In this document: positions 14,756 to 26,121 of the stretch, one piece after another
Numbering within the stretch: position 1 is the first letter of the stretch
Layout: each line of letters begins with the position of its first letter
Origin: Escherichia coli
GTDB taxonomy: Bacteria; Pseudomonadota; Gammaproteobacteria; Enterobacterales; Enterobacteriaceae
Length of the DNA: 64,000 bases
Reading direction: 5' to 3' (one strand)
NCBI RefSeq assembly: GCF_048403405.1
Contig: NZ_CP183129.1
Position numbers and translations under genes: made by a program
Notes under the pieces: generated by a model
What the model saw: the letters and a program-made list of their open reading frames with translations, nothing else
What the model was told of the DNA's origin: nothing
Databases searched by the model: none

Positions 14756-14866
14756 AACGTAAGCTTCTCGATTCTGCTGTGGCTTTTGCGGCTAGTGTAT
14801 CAGAATCGCTTTAGTCACGGCACAATAAGGCATAATGGATCAAATGAGTGACCATAAGGGGCGCAA

Positions 14867-15763
14867 GTGAAACAGGATCTGGCACGCATCGAGCAGTTTC
14901 TTGATGCTCTGTGGCTGGAAAAAAATCTGGCTGAAAATACGTTGAACGCATACCGTCGCGATCTGTCAATGATGGTGGAGTGGTTGCATCACCGCGGGTC
15001 GACGCTGGCGACGGCGCAAAGTGACGATTTGCAGGCATTACTGGCAGAACGGCTGGAGGGCGGGTATAAAGCCACCAGCTCAGCGCGTTTGCTGAGTGCA
15101 GTGCGTCGATTGTTCCAGTATCTTTATCGCGAAAAGTTTCGTGAAGACGATCCCAGTGCGCATCTCGCTTCACCGAAATTGCCCCAGCGTTTGCCAAAAG
15201 ATTTAAGCGAAGCGCAGGTCGAACGTTTATTGCAGGCACCATTAATTGATCAGCCACTGGAGCTACGCGATAAAGCCATGCTTGAAGTGTTGTATGCTAC
15301 CGGACTGCGTGTCTCTGAACTGGTCGGGCTGACAATGAGTGATATCAGCCTGCGTCAGGGCGTAGTGCGGGTCATTGGTAAAGGCAACAAAGAGCGCCTG
15401 GTGCCGTTAGGTGAAGAGGCGGTTTACTGGCTGGAAACCTATCTGGAACATGGGCGTCCGTGGCTGCTGAATGGTGTGTCAATTGACGTGTTGTTTCCCA
15501 GCCAGCGTGCGCAGCAGATGACGCGACAGACCTTCTGGCACCGCATTAAACATTATGCCGTGCTGGCGGGTATCGACAGCGAAAAGCTGTCACCGCATGT
15601 GTTGCGTCACGCTTTTGCCACTCATTTATTAAATCATGGTGCGGATTTACGCGTGGTGCAGATGCTACTGGGCCACAGCGATCTCTCCACCACGCAAATT
15701 TATACGCATGTCGCTACCGAGCGTCTGCGGCAACTTCATCAACAGCATCACCCGCGGGCGTGA
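14867..15763 (+). CDS. xerD: Site-specific tyrosine recombinase XerD
   Basis: 298 aa; C-terminal catalytic residues RHxxATHLL...HSDLSTTQIYTHV are present. Confidence 0.95.
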   Translation: MKQDLARIEQFLDALWLEKNLAENTLNAYRRDLSMMVEWLHHRGSTLATAQSDDLQALLAERLEGGYKATSSARLLSAVRRLFQYLYREKFREDDPSAHLASPKLPQRLPKDLSEAQVERLLQAPLIDQPLELRDKAMLEVLYATGLRVSELVGLTMSDISLRQGVVRVIGKGNKERLVPLGEEAVYWLETYLEHGRPWLLNGVSIDVLFPSQRAQQMTRQTFWHRIKHYAVLAGIDSEKLSPHVLRHAFATHLLNHGADLRVVQMLLGHSDLSTTQIYTHVATERLRQLHQQHHPRA

Positions 15764-15787
15764 TGTCTGAAAAGAACGGGAAGATTT

Positions 15788-16498
15788 ATGAAGAAAGGTT
15801 TTATGTTGTTTACTTTGTTAGCGGCGTTTTCAGGCTTTGCTCAGGCTGATGACGCGGCAATTCAACAAACGTTAGCCAAAATGGGCATCAAAAGCAGCGA
15901 TATTCAGCCCGCGCCCGTAGCTGGCATGAAGACAGTTCTGACTAACAGCGGTGTGTTGTACATCACCGATGATGGTAAACATATCATTCAGGGGCCAATG
16001 TATGACGTTAGTGGCACAGCTCCGGTCAATGTCACCAATAAGATGCTGTTAAAGCAGTTGAATGCGCTTGAAAAAGAGATGATCGTTTATAAAGCGCCGC
16101 AGGAAAAACACGTCATCACCGTGTTTACTGATATTACCTGTGGTTACTGCCACAAACTGCATGAGCAAATGGCAGACTACAACGCACTGGGGATCACCGT
16201 GCGTTATCTTGCTTTCCCGCGCCAGGGGCTGGACAGCGATGCAGAGAAAGAAATGAAAGCTATCTGGTGTGCGAAAGATAAAAACAAAGCGTTTGATGAT
16301 GTGATGGCAGGTAAAAGCGTCGCACCAGCCAGCTGCGACGTGGATATTGCCGACCATTACGCACTTGGCGTCCAGCTTGGCGTTAGCGGTACACCGGCAG
16401 TTGTGCTGAGCAATGGCACACTTGTTCCGGGTTACCAGCCGCCGAAAGACATGAAAGAATTCCTCGACGAACACCAAAAAATGACCAGCGGTAAATAA
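15788..16498 (+). CDS. dsbC: Periplasmic thiol:disulfide interchange protein DsbC
   Basis: 236 aa with a signal peptide and the CGYC active site. Confidence 0.95.
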   Translation: MKKGFMLFTLLAAFSGFAQADDAAIQQTLAKMGIKSSDIQPAPVAGMKTVLTNSGVLYITDDGKHIIQGPMYDVSGTAPVNVTNKMLLKQLNALEKEMIVYKAPQEKHVITVFTDITCGYCHKLHEQMADYNALGITVRYLAFPRQGLDSDAEKEMKAIWCAKDKNKAFDDVMAGKSVAPASCDVDIADHYALGVQLGVSGTPAVVLSNGTLVPGYQPPKDMKEFLDEHQKMTSGK

Positions 16499-16503
16499 TT
16501 CGC

Positions 16504-18237
16504 GTGAAACAACAGATACAACTTCGTCGCCGTGAAGTCGATGAAACGGCAGACTTGCCCGCTGAATTGCCTCCCTTGCTGCGCCGTTTATACGCCAGCC
16601 GGGGAGTACGCAGTGCGCAAGAACTGGAACGCAGTGTTAAAGGTATGTTGCCCTGGCAGCAACTGAGCGGCGTCGAAAAGGCCGTTGAGATCCTTTACAA
16701 CGCTTTTCGCGAAGGAACGCGGATTATTGTGGTCGGTGATTTCGACGCCGACGGCGCGACCAGCACGGCTCTAAGCGTGCTGGCGATGCGCTCGCTTGGT
16801 TGCAGCAATATCGACTACCTGGTACCAAACCGTTTCGAAGACGGTTACGGCTTAAGCCCGGAAGTGGTCGATCAGGCCCATGCCCGTGGCGCGCAGTTAA
16901 TTGTTACCGTGGATAACGGTATTTCCTCCCATGTGGGGGTTGAACACGCTCGCTCGTTGGGCATCCCGGTTATTGTTACCGATCACCATTTGCCGGGCGA
17001 AACATTACCCGCGGCGGAAGCGATCATTAACCCTAACTTGCGCGACTGTAATTTCCCGTCGAAATCACTGGCAGGCGTGGGTGTGGCGTTTTATCTGATG
17101 CTGGCGCTGCGCACCTTTTTGCGCGATCAGGGCTGGTTTGATGAGCGCGGCATCGCAATTCCTAATCTGGCAGAACTGCTGGATCTGGTCGCGCTGGGGA
17201 CAGTAGCGGACGTCGTGCCGCTGGACGCTAATAATCGCATTCTGACCTGGCAGGGGATGAGTCGCATCCGTGCCGGAAAGTGCCGTCCGGGGATTAAAGC
17301 GCTGCTGGAAGTGGCCAATCGCGATCCACAAAAACTCGCCGCCAGCGATTTAGGTTTTGCGCTGGGGCCACGTCTCAATGCTGCCGGGCGACTGGACGAT
17401 ATGTCCGTTGGCGTGGCGCTGTTGCTGTGCGACAACATCGGCGAAGCGCGCGTGCTGGCAAATGAACTCGATGCGCTAAACCAGACGCGAAAAGAGATCG
17501 AACAGGGAATGCAAGTTGAAGCCCTGACCTTGTGCGAGAAACTGGAGCGCAGCCGCGACACGCTACCCGGCGGGCTGGCAATGTATCACCCCGAATGGCA
17601 TCAGGGCGTTGTCGGTATTCTGGCTTCGCGCATCAAAGAGCGTTTTCACCGTCCGGTTATCGCCTTTGCGCCAGCAGGTGATGGTACGCTGAAAGGTTCC
17701 GGTCGCTCCATTCAGGGGCTGCATATGCGTGATGCGCTGGAGCGATTAGACACACTCTACCCTGGCATGATGCTGAAGTTTGGCGGTCATGCGATGGCGG
17801 CGGGTTTGTCGCTGGAAGAGGATAAATTCGAACTCTTTCAACAACGGTTTGGCGAACTGGTTACTGAGTGGCTGGACCCTTCGCTATTGCAAGGCGAAGT
17901 GGTGTCAGACGGTCCGTTAAGCCCGGCCGAAATGACCATGGAAGTGGCGCAGCTGCTGCGCGATGCTGGCCCGTGGGGGCAGATGTTCCCGGAGCCGCTT
18001 TTTGACGGTCATTTCCGTCTGCTGCAACAGCGGCTGGTGGGCGAACGTCATTTGAAAGTGATGGTCGAACCGGTCGGCGGCGGTCCACTGCTGGATGGTA
18101 TTGCTTTTAATGTCGATACCGCCCTCTGGCCGGATAACGGCGTGCGCGAAGTGCAACTGGCTTACAAGCTCGATATCAACGAGTTTCGCGGCAACCGCAG
18201 CCTGCAAATTATCATCGACAATATCTGGCCTGTCTGA
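16504..18237 (+). CDS. recJ: Single-stranded-DNA-specific 5'-3' exonuclease RecJ
   Basis: 577 aa with a GTG start; DHH motifs (VVGDFDADGATS, DHH). Confidence 0.94.
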   Translation: MKQQIQLRRREVDETADLPAELPPLLRRLYASRGVRSAQELERSVKGMLPWQQLSGVEKAVEILYNAFREGTRIIVVGDFDADGATSTALSVLAMRSLGCSNIDYLVPNRFEDGYGLSPEVVDQAHARGAQLIVTVDNGISSHVGVEHARSLGIPVIVTDHHLPGETLPAAEAIINPNLRDCNFPSKSLAGVGVAFYLMLALRTFLRDQGWFDERGIAIPNLAELLDLVALGTVADVVPLDANNRILTWQGMSRIRAGKCRPGIKALLEVANRDPQKLAASDLGFALGPRLNAAGRLDDMSVGVALLLCDNIGEARVLANELDALNQTRKEIEQGMQVEALTLCEKLERSRDTLPGGLAMYHPEWHQGVVGILASRIKERFHRPVIAFAPAGDGTLKGSGRSIQGLHMRDALERLDTLYPGMMLKFGGHAMAAGLSLEEDKFELFQQRFGELVTEWLDPSLLQGEVVSDGPLSPAEMTMEVAQLLRDAGPWGQMFPEPLFDGHFRLLQQRLVGERHLKVMVEPVGGGPLLDGIAFNVDTALWPDNGVREVQLAYKLDINEFRGNRSLQIIIDNIWPV

Positions 18238-18328
18238 CGAATTTAGTATGTATAAAATTGAGCCGGGATCCGGTACAATCCCGCTCTTATCACCGCATTT
18301 TGACTAGCTCAATAAAAGAAATCAGACC

Positions 18329-19427
18329 ATGTTTGAAATTAATCCGGTAAATAATCGCATTCAGGACCTCACGGAACGCTCCGACGTTCTTAGGGGGTAT
18401 CTTTGACTATGACGCCAAGAAAGAGCGTCTGGAAGAAGTAAACGCCGAGCTGGAACAGCCGGATGTCTGGAACGAACCCGAACGCGCACAGGCGCTGGGT
18501 AAAGAGCGTTCCTCCCTTGAAGCCGTTGTCGATACCCTCGACCAAATGAAACAGGGGCTGGAAGATGTTTCTGGTCTGCTGGAACTGGCTGTAGAAGCTG
18601 ACGACGAAGAAACCTTTAACGAAGCCGTTGCTGAACTCGACGCTCTGGAAGAAAAACTGGCGCAGCTTGAGTTCCGCCGTATGTTCTCTGGCGAATATGA
18701 CAGCGCCGACTGCTACCTCGATATTCAGGCGGGCTCTGGCGGTACGGAAGCACAGGACTGGGCGAGCATGCTTGAGCGTATGTATCTGCGCTGGGCAGAA
18801 TCGCGTGGTTTCAAAACTGAAATCATCGAAGAGTCGGAAGGTGAAGTGGCGGGTATTAAATCCGTGACGATCAAAATCTCCGGCGATTACGCTTACGGCT
18901 GGCTGCGTACAGAAACTGGCGTTCACCGCCTGGTGCGTAAGAGCCCGTTTGACTCCGGCGGTCGTCGCCACACGTCGTTCAGCTCTGCGTTTGTTTACCC
19001 GGAAGTTGATGATGATATTGATATCGAAATCAACCCGGCGGATCTGCGCATTGACGTTTATCGCGCGTCCGGCGCGGGCGGTCAGCACGTTAACCGTACC
19101 GAATCTGCGGTGCGTATTACTCACATCCCGACCGGGATCGTGACCCAGTGCCAGAACGACCGTTCCCAGCACAAGAACAAAGACCAGGCCATGAAGCAGA
19201 TGAAAGCGAAGCTTTATGAACTGGAGATGCAGAAGAAAAATGCCGAGAAACAGGCGATGGAAGATAATAAATCCGACATCGGCTGGGGCAGCCAGATTCG
19301 TTCTTATGTCCTTGATGACTCCCGCATTAAAGATCTGCGCACCGGGGTAGAAACCCGCAACACGCAGGCCGTGCTGGACGGCAGCCTGGATCAATTTATC
19401 GAAGCAAGTTTGAAAGCAGGGTTATGA
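18329..19427 (+). CDS. prfB: Peptide chain release factor 2, expressed by programmed +1 ribosomal frameshift (25 codons in frame 0, shift at CUU-UGA-C near 18401-18407, then the track ORF frame to 19427)
   Basis: ATG...AGGGGGTATCTTTGAC is the classic RF2 autoregulatory frameshift site with an internal SD-like AGGGGG; the downstream frame contains the SPF and GGQ motifs ([16 protein letters not shown]); 365 aa in total. Confidence 0.93.
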
Positions 19428-19436
19428 GGAACCAAC

Positions 19437-20954
19437 ATGTCTGAACAACACGCACAGGGCGCTGACGCGGTAGTCGATCTTAACAATGAACTGAAAACGC
19501 GTCGTGAGAAGCTGGCGAACCTGCGCGAGCAGGGGATTGCCTTCCCGAACGATTTCCGTCGCGATCATACCTCTGACCAATTGCACGCAGAATTCGACGG
19601 TAAAGAGAACGAAGAACTGGAAGCGCTGAACATCGAAGTCGCCGTTGCTGGCCGCATGATGACCCGCCGTATTATGGGTAAAGCGTCTTTCGTTACCCTG
19701 CAGGATGTGGGTGGCCGCATTCAGCTGTACGTTGCCCGTGACGATCTGCCGGAAGGCGTTTACAATGAGCAGTTCAAAAAATGGGACCTCGGCGACATCC
19801 TCGGCGCGAAAGGTAAACTGTTCAAAACCAAAACCGGCGAACTGTCTATCCACTGCACCGAGCTGCGTCTGCTGACCAAAGCACTGCGTCCGCTGCCGGA
19901 CAAATTCCACGGCTTGCAGGATCAGGAAGCGCGCTATCGTCAGCGTTATCTGGATCTCATCTCTAACGATGAATCCCGCAACACCTTTAAAGTGCGCTCG
20001 CAGATCCTCTCTGGTATTCGCCAGTTCATGGTGAACCGCGGCTTTATGGAAGTTGAAACGCCGATGATGCAGGTGATCCCTGGCGGTGCCGCTGCGCGTC
20101 CGTTTATCACCCACCATAACGCGCTGGATCTCGACATGTACCTGCGTATCGCGCCGGAACTGTACCTCAAGCGTCTGGTGGTTGGTGGCTTCGAGCGTGT
20201 ATTCGAAATCAACCGTAACTTCCGTAACGAAGGTATTTCCGTACGTCATAACCCAGAGTTCACCATGATGGAACTCTATATGGCTTACGCAGATTACAAA
20301 GATCTGATCGAGCTGACCGAATCGCTGTTCCGTACTCTGGCACAGGATATTCTCGGTAAGACGGAAGTGACCTACGGCGACGTAACGCTGGACTTCGGTA
20401 AACCGTTCGAAAAACTGACCATGCGTGAAGCGATCAAGAAATATCGCCCGGAAACCGACATGGCAGATCTGGACAACTTCGACTCTGCGAAAGCGATTGC
20501 TGAATCTATCGGCATCCACGTTGAGAAGAGCTGGGGTCTGGGCCGTATCGTTACCGAGATCTTCGAAGAAGTGGCAGAAGCACATCTGATTCAGCCGACC
20601 TTCATTACTGAATATCCAGCAGAAGTTTCTCCGCTGGCGCGTCGTAACGACGTTAACCCGGAAATCACAGACCGCTTTGAGTTCTTTATCGGTGGTCGTG
20701 AAATCGGTAACGGCTTTAGCGAGCTGAATGACGCGGAAGATCAGGCGCAACGCTTCCTGGATCAGGTTGCCGCGAAAGATGCAGGTGACGACGAAGCGAT
20801 GTTCTACGACGAAGATTACGTCACCGCACTGGAACATGGCTTACCGCCGACAGCAGGTCTGGGAATTGGTATCGACCGTATGGTAATGCTGTTCACCAAC
20901 AGCCATACCATCCGCGACGTTATTCTGTTCCCGGCGATGCGTCCGGTGAAATAA
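19437..20954 (+). CDS. lysS: Lysine--tRNA ligase (constitutive)
   Basis: 505 aa, class II aaRS, directly downstream of prfB as in the prfB-lysS operon. Confidence 0.95.
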
Positions 20955-20972
20955 GCATTACGTTATGCTCAC

Positions 20973-20998
20973 AACCCCGGCAAATGTCGGGGTTTTTT
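20973..20998 (+). terminator. Rho-independent terminator after lysS, overlapping the idi stop
   Basis: AACCCC-GGCAAATGTC-GGGGTT hairpin followed by TTTT. Confidence 0.7.
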
Positions 20999-21545
20999 AA
21001 TTGTGCTGCGCGAAAGCAGACAACAATTTTCTTGCTTCACTATTGGCTGCCTGCATCACCATCCACGGACTGAACGCCCACGGCGTGGCATCAATACCGC
21101 GTAATACATCTGCTAAATCACACCATTGATAATCCATCACTTCATCATCGTTGATCTGTAATGCACTGGTCGTGCGTGCGGCAAATACCGGACACACTTC
21201 ATTTTCCACAATGCCATTCGGATCGGTGGCGCGATAGCGAAAGTCAGGATAGATAGATTCAGGAGGCGTAATTTCCACGCCAAGCTCATAACGGCAACGG
21301 CGGATCACCGCGTCTTCGTTGCTTTCTCCCTGTTGTGGGTGCCCACAAACCGAGTTAGTCCACACGCCAGGCCATGCTTTTTTGCTCAGTGTGCGGCGGG
21401 TAACTAATAATTGCCCCTTGGCATTAAACAGCCAACTGGAGAACGCGAGATGTAAGAGGGTGTCTGCCGTGTGTGCGGCATACTTTTCCAGCGTACCCGT
21501 GGGAACTCCCTGTGCATTCAATAAAATGACGTGTTCCGTTTGCAT
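20997..21545 (-). CDS. idi: Isopentenyl-diphosphate delta-isomerase (Nudix fold)
   Basis: 182 aa, [25 protein letters not shown]... Confidence 0.93.
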   Translation of the reverse strand: MQTEHVILLNAQGVPTGTLEKYAAHTADTLLHLAFSSWLFNAKGQLLVTRRTLSKKAWPGVWTNSVCGHPQQGESNEDAVIRRCRYELGVEITPPESIYPDFRYRATDPNGIVENEVCPVFAARTTSALQINDDEVMDYQWCDLADVLRGIDATPWAFSPWMVMQAANSEARKLLSAFAQHN

Positions 21546-21667
21546 AATTTCTCACATGTAATTCTAATCACTCATCATTATAGATAATTGAAGAGTGAAA
21601 TGATTAACCAAGTGAGCGTTTATCGACAACCGCCCGTTTTGAGCGGATGTCGACAGGTAAAAACCAT

Positions 21668-21793
21668 TTAAAAAAGCAGCATCATATATTTGAAGCGACT
21701 TTCAATGGCCATTGCAACACAGTCAGAAATGACAGGAATAGAGAGAGTAAAAAGCAACAACAGACTGAATATAGCGCGCATTAAAAGATTCAT
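21668..21793 (-). CDS. Candidate 41-aa small hydrophobic protein directly downstream of uacT (below the six-frame track length cutoff)
   Basis: Minus-strand ATG one nucleotide after the uacT stop; translation is MNLLMRAIFSLLLLFTLSIPVISDCVAMAIESRFKYMMLLF with one predicted TM helix. It may correspond to a small protein annotated in K-12 as yqfG, but I am not certain of that. Confidence 0.45.
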   Translation of the reverse strand: MNLLMRAIFSLLLLFTLSIPVISDCVAMAIESRFKYMMLLF

Positions 21794-21794
21794 A

Positions 21795-23243
21795 TTATTC
21801 TCCATGCTCATTTTTCTTCAGCTTGCGCATCAGAAGCCACATACGTACTGTCCTGACTTTTAAATCTTTATCAGAGACGGATTCCTTCACCAGATCAGCA
21901 TGATGCTGATAGCCATTAAAGAAGACGTTCAGCACAACGGCGCTAAGGGTTGCGAGCATAATGCCGCTATGCAGCAACGGTTGCAGTACGGCCGGTAACT
22001 TAGAAAAGAAATCGTGAGAGAGCGTCGGAGTCATGCCAACGCCGAGACTGATCGCCACAATATAGAGGTTGTAACGATTGGTGGTGTAGTTACAGCGCGA
22101 CAGAATTCGAATCCCTGTCGCCAGTACCATGCCGAACATCACCAGCCCAGCACCGCCCAGCACAAATTGCGGAATGGAGGCGACCAGCACCGCCATTTTT
22201 GGCACCATGCCAAACAGGATTAATATAATTCCCGAAGAAATACACACCCAGCGGCTATGAACGCGCGTCACGCTAACCAGGCCAACGTTTTGAGAAAATG
22301 ACGTGTGGGGAAAGCTGTTAAACGTTCCGCCTATCATTGTCCCTACGCCATCGACACGCAGCCCGCGAATAATATCGTGTGAAGAGAGTTTACGACCGAC
22401 TATTTCACCCAGTGCCAGGAACATCCCCATCGACTCGATAAACACGATGATTAACACGGCAGTCATGGTCAGAATGGAAACGGGATCGAAAATCGGCATA
22501 CCAAATGACATCGGCGTGACAATCGCAAACCATGAAGCATCATGTAGCCCGGATAAATTGACTTCATTCATCATCCACGAAAGTAAAAAGCCAAATACAA
22601 TCCCCAGTAATACGGCGACGTTGGACATAAATCCTTTCGCATAGCGAGTAATGAGCAAGATAAAAATTAAGACGGCAAAGGAGATACCTAAATAAACGGG
22701 ATTACCATATTGCGGATTCCCTTTACCTCCGGCGGCCCAGTCAATACCCACCTGAATGATGCTAAGCCCGATAGAAGTAATCACAACACCGGTAACCAGT
22801 GGCGGGAATAAAGGCATCAAGCGACCGATAAGTGGCGCTAATAATGTGGTGATAAAACCCGCGGCGATAGTGGCACCGAATATCCCCAGCAGGCCGATAT
22901 CCGGGTTCATGCCAATGGCTATCATTGGTGTTACAGCGGCGAAGGTCACCGACATAATCACCGGCAGGCGGATCCCCATAAAGCGGCCGATACCGATACA
23001 TTGCAATAATGTGACGATCCCGCAGCAAAAGAGATCCGAGCTAATGAGCATCGCAATAGCTTCTTTTGAGAGGCCCAGTCGGTCACCAATCATAAGAGGA
23101 ACAGCGACTGCACCTGCGTACATGACAAGGACGTGTTGCAGACCGAGTATGATCAGCTTTCCTGGTGATAATATGCGGTCAACCTCATCAGTTGGGCGGT
23201 CTTGCCCTGAAGATGAGGGAAGTTGGGAATCTATGGCGCTCAT
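21795..23243 (-). CDS. uacT: Uric acid:H+ symporter, NCS2 (nucleobase-cation symporter-2) family
   Basis: Track ORF 21795..23372 trimmed to the ATG at codon 44 (MSAIDSQLPSSSGQ...), preceded by an AAGGAG SD; 482 aa polytopic membrane protein. Confidence 0.9.
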   Translation of the reverse strand: MSAIDSQLPSSSGQDRPTDEVDRILSPGKLIILGLQHVLVMYAGAVAVPLMIGDRLGLSKEAIAMLISSDLFCCGIVTLLQCIGIGRFMGIRLPVIMSVTFAAVTPMIAIGMNPDIGLLGIFGATIAAGFITTLLAPLIGRLMPLFPPLVTGVVITSIGLSIIQVGIDWAAGGKGNPQYGNPVYLGISFAVLIFILLITRYAKGFMSNVAVLLGIVFGFLLSWMMNEVNLSGLHDASWFAIVTPMSFGMPIFDPVSILTMTAVLIIVFIESMGMFLALGEIVGRKLSSHDIIRGLRVDGVGTMIGGTFNSFPHTSFSQNVGLVSVTRVHSRWVCISSGIILILFGMVPKMAVLVASIPQFVLGGAGLVMFGMVLATGIRILSRCNYTTNRYNLYIVAISLGVGMTPTLSHDFFSKLPAVLQPLLHSGIMLATLSAVVLNVFFNGYQHHADLVKESVSDKDLKVRTVRMWLLMRKLKKNEHGE

Positions 23244-23678
23244 CAGTGTTTCTCCTTTCGCCCGCCAGAGTAAAAAGCAACCGTTTACGTTAATGAAACT
23301 GTCTAAACACATGCTCGTGGAGTGCCAGTTTTTGCGAGGAAGGGGAGTTAGAGACAGGAATTGCGGAGGCAATCACATAATCGTGGTTAAACCACGAAAA
23401 TGAGAAGAGAACCTGACAATGGAATTATCTGTAATTTTCTCATATTGATATTTCATTAATCATTCTGGCATGTCGCACTCTCGCATTTAATCGTTTTTAT
23501 CTGGATAGCGCTCTTTTGGTCGGCAATGTTGAAGTAATGAAAGCGGCACAGATTGAGGGGCAATAATTTGAACTCAGTCGCAAAATTATAATTAAATCGG
23601 CCATGCTACCTAATATATGCCCATTTATTGCATCGCGAAATTTGAGAAGACATAACTCATTAAATGAAAGGGATGCAA

Positions 23679-25598
23679 ATGAATAAGTTTATCGCTGCTG
23701 AAGCTGCGGAATGTATAGGCTGTCATGCTTGTGAAATTGCCTGTGCGATGGCACATAATCAAGAAAACTGGCCGCTGAGTCACAGTGACTTTCGACCGCG
23801 TATCCACGTTGTAGGGAAAGGCCAGGCTGCGAATCCGGTGGCCTGCCATCACTGCAACAATGCCCCTTGCGTTACGGCTTGTCCGGTTAATGCTCTGACT
23901 TTCCAGCCCGATAGCGTACAACTGGACGAGCAAAAATGTATTGGTTGTAAAAGATGCGCAATCGCTTGCCCCTTTGGCGTCGTTGAGATGGTCGATACGA
24001 TTGCGCAGAAATGCGACCTTTGTAACCAGCGCAGTTCCGGCACGCAAGCCTGTATTGAAGTCTGCCCAACACAGGCGTTACGGCTGATGGACGATAAAGG
24101 GTTGCAGCAGATAAAGGTGGCCCGCCAGCGCAAAACGGCAGCAGGAAAAGCGTCATCAGACGCTCACCCATCTCGCAGTGCAGCGTTGCTCCCCGTTAAC
24201 TCGCGTAAAGGCGCAGATAAAATTTCAGCGAGTGAACGGAAAACCCACTTTGGCGAAATCTATTACGGGCTGGATCCACAACAAGCGACTTATGAGAGTG
24301 ACCGCTGTGTTTATTGCGCCGAAAAAGCTAACTGCAACTGGCATTGCCCGCTGCATAACGCTATTCCGGATTACATCCGTCTGGTGCAGGAAGGAAAGAT
24401 TATTGAAGCGGCAGAACTTTGCCACCAGACCAGTTCCTTACCAGAAATCTGCGGCAGGGTATGTCCACAGGACCGTCTTTGTGAAGGCGCATGTACTTTG
24501 AAAGATCACTCTGGCGCAGTCACTATCGGTAATCTGGAACGCTACATCACCGATACCGCGCTGGCGATGGGCTGGCGTCCCGATGTCAGCAAAGTTGTTC
24601 CCCGTAGCGAAAAAGTGGCGGTGATTGGCGCAGGGCCTGCAGGGTTAGGGTGTGCTGATATTCTGGCGCGCGCAGGAGTTCAGGTTGATGTCTTTGATCG
24701 CCATCCAGAAATTGGCGGTATGCTGACTTTTGGCATACCTCCTTTCAAACTCGATAAAACGGTATTAAGCCAGCGGCGAGAGATATTCACCGCAATGGGA
24801 ATCGACTTTCATCTTAATTGTGAAATTGGCCGCGATATTACCTTTGGCGATTTAACTTCTGAATATGATGCAGTTTTCATCGGCGTGGGGACTTACGGGA
24901 TGATGCGAGCAGATCTGCCGCATGAAGATGCGCCCGGTGTCATTCAGGCTCTACCGTTCCTGACTGCCCATACCCGCCAGCTCATGGGGTTGCCGGAGTC
25001 TGAAGAGTATCCGCTGACGGATGTGGAAGGTAAGCGAGTCGTGGTATTGGGCGGTGGCGATACGACCATGGATTGTTTGCGGACTTCCATCCGCCTCAAT
25101 GCCGCCAGCGTGACCTGCGCGTATCGTCGTGATGAAGTCAGTATGCCGGGCTCGCGCAAAGAGGTGGTCAATGCGCGCGAGGAAGGTGTCGAGTTTCAGT
25201 TCAATGTTCAGCCGCAATATATCGCTTGTGACGAAGATGGGCGTTTAACTGCGGTGGGCCTGATTCGTACAGCCATGGGTGAGCCGGGGCCGGATGGTCG
25301 CCGTCGTCCTCGTCCGGTAGCGGGTTCAGAGTTTGAATTGCCCGCCGATGTTCTCATTATGGCCTTTGGTTTCCAGGCGCATGCCATGCCGTGGTTGCAG
25401 GGCAGCGGAATTAAACTCGATAAATGGGGCCTGATTCAAACCGGTGACGTCGGGTATTTACCTACCCAGACGCATCTGAAAAAAGTCTTTGCTGGTGGTG
25501 ATGCTGTTCATGGCGCGGATCTGGTTGTCACTGCAATGGCCGCAGGAAGGCAGGCGGCGCGCGATATGTTAACTCTGTTTGATACGAAGGCATCGTGA
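23679..25598 (+). CDS. ygfT: Fe-S / FAD-NAD(P)-binding oxidoreductase (N-terminal 2x[4Fe-4S] ferredoxin domain plus glutamate-synthase-small-subunit-like flavoprotein)
   Basis: Track ORF trimmed to [22 protein letters not shown]...; CxxCxxCxxxCP motifs and a GAGPAGL dinucleotide fold; 639 aa. Confidence 0.9.
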   Translation: MNKFIAAEAAECIGCHACEIACAMAHNQENWPLSHSDFRPRIHVVGKGQAANPVACHHCNNAPCVTACPVNALTFQPDSVQLDEQKCIGCKRCAIACPFGVVEMVDTIAQKCDLCNQRSSGTQACIEVCPTQALRLMDDKGLQQIKVARQRKTAAGKASSDAHPSRSAALLPVNSRKGADKISASERKTHFGEIYYGLDPQQATYESDRCVYCAEKANCNWHCPLHNAIPDYIRLVQEGKIIEAAELCHQTSSLPEICGRVCPQDRLCEGACTLKDHSGAVTIGNLERYITDTALAMGWRPDVSKVVPRSEKVAVIGAGPAGLGCADILARAGVQVDVFDRHPEIGGMLTFGIPPFKLDKTVLSQRREIFTAMGIDFHLNCEIGRDITFGDLTSEYDAVFIGVGTYGMMRADLPHEDAPGVIQALPFLTAHTRQLMGLPESEEYPLTDVEGKRVVVLGGGDTTMDCLRTSIRLNAASVTCAYRRDEVSMPGSRKEVVNAREEGVEFQFNVQPQYIACDEDGRLTAVGLIRTAMGEPGPDGRRRPRPVAGSEFELPADVLIMAFGFQAHAMPWLQGSGIKLDKWGLIQTGDVGYLPTQTHLKKVFAGGDAVHGADLVVTAMAAGRQAARDMLTLFDTKAS

Positions 25599-26086
25599 TG
25601 AAATCGTTAATTATCGTTAATCCGGCTGACTGTATTGGCTGCCGTACTTGTGAAGTAGCCTGTGTGGTCGCTCACCCTTCAGAACAGGAGTTGAATGCCG
25701 ATGTCTTTTTACCCCGGCTGAAGGTACAGCGACTGGACAGCATCAGTGCGCCGGTGATGTGCCATCAGTGTGAAAACGCCCCTTGTGTTAGCGCTTGCCC
25801 CGTGGGGGCGCTGACGATGGGCGAGCAGGTGGTGCAGGCCAATTCTGCCCGTTGTATTGGCTGTCAGAGTTGCGTCAGTGCGTGCCCGTTTGGGATGATA
25901 ACCATTCAGTCGTTGCCGGGGGATACCCGGCAACAAATTGTGAAATGCGATCTCTGTGAACAGCGGGAAGAGGGGCCAGCCTGCGTTGAATCTTGCCCGA
26001 CACAGGCGCTGCAGTTGCTTACTGAAAGAGAACTCAGGCGAGTCCGCCAGCAGCGTATTGTTGCCAGCGGTAAGAATCCTCTGTGA
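25598..26086 (+). CDS. ygfS: 4Fe-4S ferredoxin-like electron-transfer subunit
   Basis: 162 aa with several CxxCxxCxxxCP motifs; the ATG overlaps the ygfT stop (TGATG). Confidence 0.88.
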   Translation: MKSLIIVNPADCIGCRTCEVACVVAHPSEQELNADVFLPRLKVQRLDSISAPVMCHQCENAPCVSACPVGALTMGEQVVQANSARCIGCQSCVSACPFGMITIQSLPGDTRQQIVKCDLCEQREEGPACVESCPTQALQLLTERELRRVRQQRIVASGKNPL

Positions 26087-26089
26087 AAG

Positions 26090-26120
26090 AAATCTCCGCG
26101 CTGAAAGGCGCGGAGAATCT
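26090..26120. terminator. Bidirectional hairpin terminator between the convergent ygfS and ghxQ genes
   Basis: TCTCCGCGC-TGAAAG-GCGCGGAGA, a perfect 9-bp stem. Confidence 0.65.
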
Positions 26121-26121
26121 A

